Positions 51,102 to 61,178 of a stretch of DNA of 61,178 nt are shown in pieces; positions within the stretch are counted from its first letter, which is position 1, and the number at the start of each line of letters is the position of its first letter. The stretch comes from Catajapyx aquilonaris. Its lineage: Eukaryota. The DNA lies in NCBI GenBank assembly GCA_000934665.2, contig JYFJ02000552.1:62001-123178 (forward strand). Reading direction: 5' to 3'. The notes beneath the pieces were generated by a model that was not told the origin of the DNA, ran no database searches, and saw nothing but the letters and a program-made list of their open reading frames with translations. The translations under genes and the position numbers were made by a program.

Positions 51102-54100
51102 TCATTTGGTGGGTGGGCGACTGAACGTGGGTCTCCTGAGGGAGGCGGCCAGGAAGGAGCTCATCGAGCTGCTCGAAAAATGCGAGGGGGCCAAGGTAAA
51201 AAACCACGGGGACACAAAGATTCACAACAATACATTAATGAGCAGTTGGCATATATGTCATAATGTTCCGTACACATTGAACGATGAAAATAATTCTTTG
51301 TTCTCAGGCTGTGGTTTGGGACCGTCAGCTGGCAGGTCCTGTTGGCCTGGTTGCAGAGTACGGCCTGCTGCACGAGTACGGGGTGACCAAGATGTTTCCG
51401 CTGCGGAAAGGGGAGCTGCCTCCCACCCCTGGGGTCAAGCATGTGATATTCGTGGTGAGGCCCATCTTGCATCTGGTGGACATCATCACAGAGGTGGTCA
51501 GGAGGGAGGATAAAAATATAGGGACTGTTCCAAAGGAGTTTCATCTCTTCTTTCTGCCCAGGAGGAGCTACCTCTGCGAAAAGAGGCTCGAGGTATGACC
51601 TTAACATCATTCTGCAAATATTCTCTGTACGTTGTAGTGGCAGGACCAACGTTAATTGCAATCTCAACATTCGCAGGATAATGGCGTGTTCGGGACCTTC
51701 TCTTCAATTGAGCAACTAAGCATCGAGCTTTTCCCGTTTGATAGTGACGTCATGTCGATGGAATTGGACCATGCCTTTAAGGTATGTTTTAAAAAATCGT
51801 TAACCAGCAACTGACGCTGCAGCCCCAGACAACGCTGCTAATGATTGTGGGCCGTATTCAGAGTCGTTCGCTAATGCAGCGCAAAAGTCCACTCTAACTA
51901 GTGCGACGCTAGGTCCGCATTAGCGCCACACTAGTTGCTCCCATTCAGAGTCGCCTCACTGCCTGGTTAGAGGAGCGCACTAAGTTCGGACACTGCACTA
52001 GCGAGACGCGATGTTGCCACGATTTCACAGCCAGGTTTTCGGACACCGTCTGTGCGATAAATGGGCTTTTAAATATTGATGCATGTCTTTTTCGATTTTA
52101 ACCCTCGGACGGTGACGTGGGCACTTTTTGTGACCAACGACCCTTTTTTTGCTATAACTTGGCAAATTTAGGACATTCCAGATTCATCTTTGAGAACATT
52201 TTCGTTTGACTATTTCTGTGATGAATTACGTTTAGTTTAAATTTTTTGAGCAAATAGCACGACCAGGAAAAAATAAATTAGGCAGCAATGCGTAGATGGG
52301 GCCTAACCAAGATCCGGTCTGGCGGCTCCCGGTGGCATCCCAGGCCGCCAAGGGGTGGAATCCCCCTACCCCCGGGAGTTGGCCCCGACTGATTTTCTTT
52401 CCGATTTTTTTCTGATCGCACTATTTTCTCAAAAAATGTAAACTAAACGGTATTTGTCGTAGAAGGAATCACACTATGATTGTCTCAAAAGTGAAGCCCG
52501 AATGTGCTATATTTAGCCAGATGTAACAAAAAATATGGCTTGGTCACAAAAAGTGCCCACGTCACCGGAGAGCGAACATTTCGTACGTCACCGTCTGAGG
52601 GTTAATACATTTTATAGACCTGAAAACACATTTTTGATGATTAAATAATTAGTAATGACGAATTTACGCAAAAAAAATCGGAGCTGGGGTCGGCGGGCGA
52701 CGATCTTCATTCGTGCTTAATTTAATCTTGATTTAATCCCCAGGGCGACGATCTTCATTTGTTTCCCCAGGCTGGGGAAACAAATGAAGATTGAGCGCCA
52801 AAAATCGCTTAGCAGCAGTTTAAAAAGCTGCCAAGTTATTTTCAGACTACCGCCACGGCGTAGTTCGATGTTAGTTCGACGCAAAAGAAGGGGGTCCCCT
52901 TCACTAAGTTTTGGCTTAATGCACCGCTTTAGCAGAATCGCACTAGGCCCGCACTAGGCCTAAAGTGCGACTCTGCATACGACTTTTCTTAGTGAACTGG
53001 GTCACGTGGTTTAAAGCACTGCACTAACTTCTTGTTGTTGACTCTGAATACGGCCCTGTAATGCCAGAAGTACTCTTTGGTTGAATCAGTAATTCTTGCC
53101 TCGCAACAGGATTTTGTACTGGATCGCGATCCTGGCTGCCTTCATCAAGTGGCTCGCAGCCTGATGACGCTTCAAGCACTTTACGGAGTGATCCCTCGTG
53201 TATGTGGTAAAGGCACTGCTGCAAAGACAGTGTTCAACCTGATGACCAGGCTACGGAAGGAAATGGGTGTTGGATACAAGGAGAGGACAGCCACTGTGGA
53301 TCCCAAGATTGACACGCTGCTTCTGATTGACCGGAGCATAGATCTGGTTTCACCCATTGCCACGCAGCTCACTTACGAGGGCCTCATTGATGAGATTTTT
53401 GGAATAAATAATAGTGAGTTGGCATGGTTGTAACAGTGTCAGACAGGATGATGGCCAAGCACTTTAACCGGCATTAATTTGCAGACACCGTAAAGTTGCC
53501 ACCAGAAAAGTTCACCAGGGGCGACGAGGGAATCCAGGAAATGTCGGCTGAGCCAAAGCAGTTCATACTCAATTCTGCAGAAGAACTCTATGCCGAACTC
53601 AGGGACAAGAATTTCAATGCAGTTGGACCCATCCTGAGCAGAAGAGCCAAAAACATATCGGCCCAGTTCGAAGAGAGGCATGACGCAAAAACTGTGCCAG
53701 AGATAAAGCAGTTTGTGGCTAAGCTGCCTCACATGCAGGCTGCCAAGCTCAGCCTTGCAACACGTGCGTATTAGGAAAAACCTGACCAAAAATTATTGCA
53801 ATATGAGCTGAAGCCAATCCTGCAACAATGCCCACATTTCTCTCTCTTTCAGATACATCTGTTGCTGAACTTGTAAAAGAAGTGACAGACACGGATGAGT
53901 TCTTGGAGTCCCTACAGACGGAGCAGGAGTTTCTCAACGGAATTGACACGGACAAGGTGAACCCGCATCTGGAGGACCTAGTCTGCCAAAGAGCCCCGCT
54001 CTCAAAAGTCCTGCGACTTGTCTCACTTCAATCCATAGCCAACGGGGGCCTCAAGGTGAAGGTGTTTGACCACTACAGGAAGGAGATTCTACACACATAT

Positions 54101-54776
54101 GGGTTCCAACACATACTCACTCTCGACAATATGACCAAGTAAGGGCATCTGGCTTTGAAAATGTGTTTAAAAACCGAAAGGCACCTTACCATATTGTTCC
54201 TCCGTAGATGTGGCCTCTTCCGTCTGCAGCCTGCCTCCCGCTCCAACAATCAGAACAACAATTTCCCAGCCCTCCGGCGCCTCCTGCGGCTAACAGTCCA
54301 GGATATCAATGAAACGTTACCAACAGATCCCTGCTATGTCCATTGCTTGTATGCGCCAATCACAGTGAGACTAGCCCAGCACTTGTCCAGACTCGGAGGC
54401 TGGGGAACCAACATGGATGCAACAGACAGTGAGGCATTATCGTTGCTCCCAGGCCCGACATTTGACGAGAGGCAAGAGGTTCCTGGGAGCGGAAATAACA
54501 AGGCAAATGTAGTGGCTAGCTGTGGGGTTGATGAACCCAAAGTTACTATGGTTTTCTTCATTGGTGGATGCACCTTTGCCGAAATATCAGCACTCAGATT
54601 CCTCTCACAACAAGAAGATGGTATGTTTATCAATACTTAACATACATTGCATCTGTGTGATGTCTTGGAATTTTTCAGCTCCAACTGAGTACATTGTAGC
54701 GACTACCAAGCTGATCAACGGGACTACCTTCCTCAAACCACTAATGGAAGACACAGAGGCTAGGCCAATTTCCTAA
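51094..54776 (+). CDS. VPS33A: Vacuolar protein sorting-associated protein 33A (Sec1/Munc18 family, carnation-like); 8 exons
   Basis: [122 protein letters not shown]. Exons 51094-51195, 51308-51592, 51677-51781, 53110-53413, 53485-53763, 53853-54138, 54208-54620, 54679-54776. Confidence 0.95.
51849..53056. mobile_element. PIF/Harbinger-like MITE in VPS33A intron 3 (host of a nested element)
   Basis: 17-bp perfect TIR GGGCCGTATTCAGAGTC (51849-51865 / 53040-53056); 3-bp TSD TGT on both sides. Confidence 0.85.
52102..52601. mobile_element. piggyBac-type MITE nested inside the Harbinger-like MITE
   Basis: TTAA TSD (52098-52101, 52602-52605); TIR CCCTC(G/A)GACGGTGACGT; asymmetrically spaced internal IR GGTGACGTGGGCACTTTTTGTGACCAA. 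Confidence 0.9.
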
Positions 54777-55505
54777 GTCACAATTACGTGTTGAATTACG
54801 CAGTAATTGATAATATGATTATTAATTGATTAATATAATCGTTATTCTGAATTTATGCAATGCTGTATAGGTTTTGCACATGAAACAGAAGCGGTAAGTG
54901 AAACCTGTCGAAACAGATCATACATTCAGCAGTTACTTGTATGTTGCGAAGTTTTGTTTGAACCAGTCAGAGTAGTTTCAGGGTAATATATTCTTTGGCA
55001 TGTAATTTAAGCCTGTTCAGTGGGACTGGAACAATTCCATAACAGACATTTCACTCTATTTGAATATCGTTTGTATATTACGGAAATAAAATGTATAAAC
55101 CTTGTGATTTCACTTGTGAAATATTTCATGAAAATAATTATAGGATATGATGAAAATCCAAAGTGCCACAATAAATCCAAGTTGACATTGTCATAAGTCA
55201 TATAAAGAAAATTTAAATTAATATTAAACCACTTGAGATGTAAAATGAAAAGCAGGCATGTGATATCTTGAGTGTACTTTATTAATTATTTTTTTTAAAT
55301 CTGAATAAGTAATATGGTAAGCTCTTCCTAATATCTGTATTCACGATTCAAGCAATTATATCCTTCCTGTCGTCATACCCAACAAATAACTTTAATCGCT
55401 TACACTCCCAGCTTACCTTTGTCACTTCTCTGAGTTTCAGATCAAATTCTTCTGCTCACCAGGTTGTGGGGGTGATTTATATGGCAAACAGTCGAGAATT
55501 CTTGT

Positions 55506-56504
55506 TTACACTTTATCGTCGTCGTCGTCATCTTCCTCAGAAGTCTGCACAGGGTCATGCCTTGTTTCCCAGCTTTCCGAAGAAGAGTTTGCTGCTCCTT
55601 CCTCTTGCTGTGAGTCCCAACCTTCCAAATGGTCCCCTGGTTCTTGCTTCACATGCACAGAACAAGGCTCAGGTATTGGCAACTGCAAAAAAATTACGGC
55701 AAATTTGAGATTGCGTCACTGATTTCACCTTTGAAGAGTCTTTAGGACCACACACCTCATCTGCGGTTTCCTCTGGTGGATGACGAACTTTCTTGATACA
55801 GATCTTCCAGTGGCGATCAAAATTTCCAATGGAAAATGAACGCCTCCGATGCCCTAGTCTGACTCTAGCCATGCAGTTCAAGCACTGCATATGAGCTGAG
55901 GGGGAACCATCCGTTGATATGAATCCATATAATTTGAAATGCAGCCCTTCCACAAGGGTTGCTTTCATTGGATCTTTTGCCCTCTTTAACAACGTATCCC
56001 TTACGGATGAAACTATTTGCTCCGGTTTGGTAAACCTCCTCGGTAAAGCATCACCATGCTCCCTCTCGCTATTGGCCTTTGCTTTCTTTACCTGCTCTGC
56101 CTGAAAGCAAAAGCATTATTAAAGAATTAGAGAAATAATTGCAACGATTTAAAAAATTGTAATCATACTTTAGATAGGGATTGCTGCGAAGCACCCTCCT
56201 CAAGCATGGTCTCGACTTCTCTGACGAATGAAATTATTTGTGCCCGATGGCCTGGCATCACAGTGAATAGAGACGGGTTTTTCCAAAACAGGCCATACAT
56301 CTGCTTCACTGTGGCCTCATCATCGGAAAATATGGCCGAACTTGACCTCATGAAATCTTGGATTAAGGTGATGCAGTCTTCCGGACCAGAAAACTTCAGC
56401 CCTGCGTATGACTGCGGCTTGTCAAAACCACATGCAATCAGGTAGCTCACTACCTGTTCAGACATTTGCTGCTTCATGAACTCCTTGAAATCTGCATCAT
56501 TCAT
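55506..56504 (-). CDS. Uncharacterised ~294-aa protein: SAM-like N-terminal domain + BED-like zinc finger + acidic tail; 3 coding exons
   Basis: Exons 56504-56169, 56100-55729, 55682-55506 (phase-0 introns; the last is only 46 bp). N-terminal YLIACGFD..S...CITLIQDF..MYGLFWKNPSLFTVMPGHRAQI; finger QCLNC..FSIGNFDRHWKIC; C-terminal VKQEP..EEDDDDDD. Confidence 0.75.
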
Positions 56505-57037
56505 CTTTGTTTTCTATTGTGAAGAAAAAGAAGCTCTTGTTAACCACACATGAAGGGCTGCAAGCACTGGAAGACATAAAAAGCAAAGGAAATTATTTTG
56601 CATACACACATTTTCTAGATTTAGTATTTTTAAAAACAACTTTTAGTACTTGGGTGACATTGTACCATTACAGCCTGTCTTCAGTACATGCTTTGTACTT
56701 CATCTGTCCATTGTACTGGAGCCTGACAACCCCTCCACTGAACAGCCTCAGTCATGCGCCAAAAGTAAAGGACGCCAGCAGAAGTATTGATCCCTTGATT
56801 CCCTCCCTGATCCGCCCTTAATCCCGCCTCCCGATTCCCCGATTCCTGCGCCCCAACACTTCGACCCACCCTTTTGTCTCACCCCCTGCCAAAAACCCCG
56901 GTCCAACCCCGGTCCTAATCCGGCCCCGAACCATCTTCTCCTAGTCCCTCCGACACCTCTTCAACCTCACAGTCGGACGCCATCTTTGACCGGGGGCCCA
57001 TTCCAATCACCGCCACAACAAACAAAAGACTGTCCAG

Positions 57038-57038
<1 letters not shown>

Positions 57039-57117
<79 letters not shown>
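57039..57117. repeat. (AAT)n microsatellite
   Basis: Perfect trinucleotide run. Confidence 0.95.
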
Positions 57118-57118
<1 letters not shown>

Positions 57119-57165
57119 AACAACATCACGACATTTCCCTATGAGGGGTAGTCAGCGATGGATTT

Positions 57166-57187
57166 GATGATGATGATGATGATGATG

Positions 57188-57228
<41 letters not shown>

Positions 57229-57340
57229 CATGAAAATAATAATAATAATAATGATGATGATGATGATGATGATAATAATAATAATCATAATCATCATAAT
57301 CATAATAATAATCATCATGAAAATAATAATGATGATGATG

Positions 57341-57384
<44 letters not shown>

Positions 57385-57391
57385 CATAATA
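57166..57391. repeat. Compound (ATG)n/(ATA)n/(ATC) microsatellite with higher-order repetition
   Basis: Blocks of (ATG)n(ATA)n..ATCATGAAAATA recur; the source of the poly-Ile/Met/Tyr ORFs. Confidence 0.9.
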
Positions 57392-57727
57392 CATATCGCG
57401 AATATTAGCTGGCATTATTAGCCAGTTATGTTCTCATAAGAATCTGGAGAAAACACACATACTGATTATTTAGTCAATAATAATTTATTGTGCGCAAGAG
57501 CAGTTATCCCGAAAATGAACGAACAATTAATAATTCTCAAATTAGTTCTGGACACACACTCGTACTGCTTACTGCAATAATTTTCTCAAAAGCACATGAA
57601 ATCCTGTGATAAAACTGAGACGCATTATAGGCAATTGCAAAGTGTTACTAATTATCCCAGCGAATAACGGCATTAAATAAATTTCCACTCGCACATGAGT
57701 TTTTCTCGCTGCAATGACTGGATCCAG

Positions 57728-58519
57728 TCAGTTGGTGCCACAAGTACCTCTAATGTTAGCCTTTTTGTGCAACTCCAGTTGACTGCGGCTTGCAAATGAG
57801 AGTTCGCATCCGTCACAAGCGTGTGGTTTGCTATTACCGGCATGTTGCCTGCGATGAGCCAAGAGCTTACTGCTTGTTATGAACGACTTGTCGCACAATT
57901 CACAGGGGTACGGCCTTTCTCCAGTGTGCTGTCGGGTGTGCACAACAAGCGTGGATTTCCTGGGGAATGACTTGGAACATACGTGGCATGAAAATGGTTT
58001 TTCACCGGTATGTTTTCTCCTATGCTCCTGCAACGAAGCGTTGCTTGAGAAGCGGTATGAACACAGGTCACACTGAAACGGTTTCTGACCCGTGTGTTTC
58101 TTCAGGTGGTACAGCAACCTCGAGTTGGTTGCAAATTGCTTCTCGCAATACTGGCAAGGAAAAGGATTTGCCGGAAAGTGTTCAGACATGTGCGCCTCCC
58201 ACGCAGGCTTGGTGCTAAACACATCGGAGCAAGCCGAGCACGGAAAGTTGGCCTCCAAAGAATGACTCTTTTCATGCCCGTTCCTCAACTTCTCGTTGGT
58301 GAACGGCTTGAAGCATATTTTGCACAAAAATATTTCAGTGTCGGCAAGCGGCTCACTGATGGCGACCTCCAACGGTGACACAAATATCTCCTCCACTTTT
58401 ATCTTCATCGGCATCTCCTCAGCTTCCTCAGTAGGTGTTGCAGGTCTCTCCAGCTTCACACCCACCGCATCAATTCCTTCCTTATCTTCCTGTTGTTGTG
58501 CACAGCTTTGTTGTGACAT
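57728..58519 (-). CDS. Kruppel-type C2H2 zinc-finger protein (6 canonical + 1 atypical finger), single coding exon
   Basis: ATG at 58519 immediately after a cacacag acceptor; tandem fingers with HTGQKPF, HTGEKPF and HTGERPY linkers. Confidence 0.92.
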   Translation of the reverse strand: MSQQSCAQQQEDKEGIDAVGVKLERPATPTEEAEEMPMKIKVEEIFVSPLEVAISEPLADTEIFLCKICFKPFTNEKLRNGHEKSHSLEANFPCSACSDVFSTKPAWEAHMSEHFPANPFPCQYCEKQFATNSRLLYHLKKHTGQKPFQCDLCSYRFSSNASLQEHRRKHTGEKPFSCHVCSKSFPRKSTLVVHTRQHTGERPYPCELCDKSFITSSKLLAHRRQHAGNSKPHACDGCELSFASRSQLELHKKANIRGTCGTN

Positions 58520-59242
58520 TCTGTGTGAGAAGTTTTTTTGCAACAATGGAATTTCAGGATTCTGGCCCGATTCGTTTCTAGAGTACGGCGGAGGTTACCT
58601 GACTGTTCCAAACCCTAAAGGGCACCGAAGCACCTTTTTAACAGAAAAATCGTTCTATCGATCGGACGCCATCTTTGAAAAAAGGCGCATTCCTGCGGCT
58701 GTGTCGGCCCAAGAAAGTAGCTACCAGCAAAATAGCGTAATAGCTACATATATACAGTACTGTACATAAGGTCAATGTCCTCCTGCACGTTATGCAGCCG
58801 GTTGTACGGGCGTGCTGTTGCCTACAAACCAGGATAATTAATCTCTTGGACACACGATAGGTTTGTCATGTAGCCTACACTGGACAGTATAGGGTGTAGC
58901 GTCATGGGCGATCTGGAGGCACATTTCAGGTTTTGTTAAGTGGACCTCCCAAACTTCAAATATGAAAATAATTTTTTTTCCGACAAGTGTAACACCCCCT
59001 TTTTTGACCTTGAAAATTGTTAAAATGCCCACCTTAGACCAATGAATGCTTACCAGCGACATAGTTGCGGACATATTGGTAAATGCATGACATAGGGAAT
59101 CGCAGCTATGTCTCCTCTACTCCTAATTTGGTTGACAGGAAACCAACCCCCCGCCAGTTCCGCACAAGGCGATGCTCGTTTCCCAACTCCTCCCATTCTC
59201 GTCAGTAAAGAAGCACTACTCCAGCTACTCCCAAATAAGAAA

Positions 59243-59320
59243 GGGTCGCAGGGTTTGTCGAGATGATTAAGGCCACTGCCTCCCACCTCTGGGGACTTGA
59301 GTTCGAGTCCCGGCTAGGAC
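59243..59320 (+). mobile_element. Truncated tRNA-derived SINE head
   Basis: TGCCTCCCACCTCTGGGGACTTGAGTTCGAGTCCCGG contains a B-box-like GTTCGAGTCC; no body or TSD found. Confidence 0.4.
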
Positions 59321-59511
59321 TGGTAGTACCGGTACTGCATGCACATCCATGTATGCACGGTAATGAAACAAATATATTGTTGGCGCTTAATTTGTATACT
59401 GTCCGTTTATTATAAATTGACGTCAATATTTCAACTTAATATTGACGTACCGTATAGTGTTATCGTTAGTAAATAGACTCAACATGAGCTTGGTCCGCTA
59501 GGTCTTTGTAC

Positions 59512-60579
59512 TTAGTTTTTTTTCATGCAGGAGCATGCTGGTGCTGAGCGAGGACTTTTCAGAGTCAATTTCTTCAGGCTTTCCAGCTGCTTGGTCAACA
59601 TTTTCACACGTTCATCCCTCTGCTTGAGCTGCTTGTCCATCTGACCTACCTGAAGCACCAATGTAATATTGTCAGTTATTGCACCCTGCTCTAACACGCT
59701 CTAAAAAGTAGTGTCTCACTTTATTGCGTAGGGTCTCTATTTCGACATCTCGCTCGTTCTTTGCCTTGATGAGTTCTTTGAACTGATCATGGTAGGCGCC
59801 GGTCAGCATTTCGAGAGCCAACTTGTAGTTGGGGATAGGCTTGGTCCCAGTGTCATTTGCTGACTTGGGTGCTACAAGAGGGGAAAAAGCGGTGTCAAGC
59901 ACAATTGGAGTGGGCAAGTTTAGGACGTGGCCAGAAGGAACTTACCGGTCCCTGACGGGTTTCCTGCCCCAAGTTCCCCCATAATGTAATTGACTGTCCT
60001 CCTCACATTCTCCTGCCGCTTTTTCTCTTCTATGATGGGCTTCAGCTTTAGTAACAACTTTTGAATAGCGCCGTCCACACTCCTGACTATGTCCTTTAGT
60101 AGTGGCTGGCTGACTGCGCAGTTTATCTTGCTCAAAACCTGTAATGAGGACCAGATCATTGACCAGATCTGGAGCAGATACAGGTTGAGGCCATTCATCT
60201 CTGTTTCACCTTTCTGTTGAGTACGTCCCAGTTGACCACTTTCTTCTCTGTGTTGCTAACCCTAGGATAGTTGTGCAACTCCACCATACCAGGAAAGAAA
60301 TGGTGTAACAATTCTGCGCACATGGCTACATGCAACAGAGATGGATTCGCATGAGGGGTCACCCAACAATGGCAGCAGTATTTACTTACTGGCGTCTGAG
60401 AAGTCTCTCGCTATATTTTTTCCTTTCCTCTGAAAGGGAACTATGTCGACCCATTTGTATAGATCAGCCATGAGTCGGTACTGCTCAAGTCCGCCGTCAT
60501 AGCATCTGCAAGTAGATCTGGTTACGACATCTGCGGACTGCGTCTTTCTAAAGTCCATCTTCTTCACGTTATGATCCAT
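59512..60579 (-). CDS. SPEF1: Sperm flagellar protein 1 (CLAMP; CH_2 domain + coiled coil); 5 exons
   Basis: Exons 60579-60390, 60325-60210, 60138-59946, 59871-59720, 59649-59512. LYKWVDIVPFQRKGKNIARDFSDA.MCAELLHHFFPGMVELHNY..KVVNWDVLNRKVLSKIN, plus C-terminal EIETLRNKVGQMDKQLKQRDERVKML. Confidence 0.9.
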
Positions 60580-61178
60580 TTTTTGTCGCGTTCACACAAA
60601 TTCTACCTCCGACCCTCTGGCTCAGTTGTTGTTTAGGCTACCCTGGATACGAACACACATTGTAGTTGGAGTCAACAATGGACTTATTACTATACAGGAT
60701 TCAGGTCCAACAAAAGGTGCACACTTCATCTCGGACCTAATATTTACTTGCGGTATTCCACAACGACCCTACTTAGTAGTAAAATATACATACCTACGGT
60801 ACCATTTATTAATTTACAAATTATATACATTCAGACATCAACAAAAACAACATTAACAATGAATTAGGATGGTTATAACAATACACTGCTACTGTAATAA
60901 AACAAGATTGGCAAATCACGTGAGCGTGATTAGAGTAGACTTTTTCATGTTTACTGCTATTGTCCCCAACATCAGTCACGGGTTATCTGGGGGAGGGGGG
61001 CGGTGGGGGAGAATAGGCGGTCAGGGGGAGGGGGCGGATAGAGTGAATCAGGGCAGCTAGGACTAAGTTTGCCTATATGAACGTCATTGAGCGAATGTTA
61101 CGCTTATCTTCTAAAGTCAAATATGAAAGGAAATTTTTTGGATAAGTGCGAAATTTCATGCGAAAATCCTTTAAATAG

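Noticed and set aside
57139..57421. Poly-Ile/Met/Tyr/His ORFs (and the poly-Leu ORF at 26746-26931)
   Set aside because: Translations of microsatellites.
1..61178. Prokaryotic systems (CRISPR arrays, operons, defence islands) or horizontally acquired genes
   Set aside because: All recognisable genes are animal-type, most with spliceosomal introns; no repeat-spacer array seen.

Overview
Eukaryotic (arthropod, most likely pancrustacean/hexapod) genomic DNA with short GT-AG introns, in two compartments. Bases ~1-28,000 are gene-poor and TE-rich: one intact intronless divergent ionotropic receptor (IR) gene flanked by two decayed IR paralogues, plus mariner, Harbinger-type MITE, SINE and Gypsy-like relics. 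One paralogue carries a 244-bp tract identical to the intact gene. Bases ~28,000-61,178 are gene-dense: an ENPP6-like phosphodiesterase, a MADF-BESS factor, TRAF3IP1/IFT54, a pickpocket DEG/ENaC channel, two C2H2 zinc-finger genes, a mono-ADP-ribosyltransferase (three exon-encoded coiled-coil repeats + WWE-like + H-Y-I PARP domain) head-to-head with VPS33A, an unassigned SAM-like/BED-finger gene, and SPEF1. Gene models were spliced by hand from GT/AG signals and frame continuity. Family calls come from remembered motifs, not database searches.
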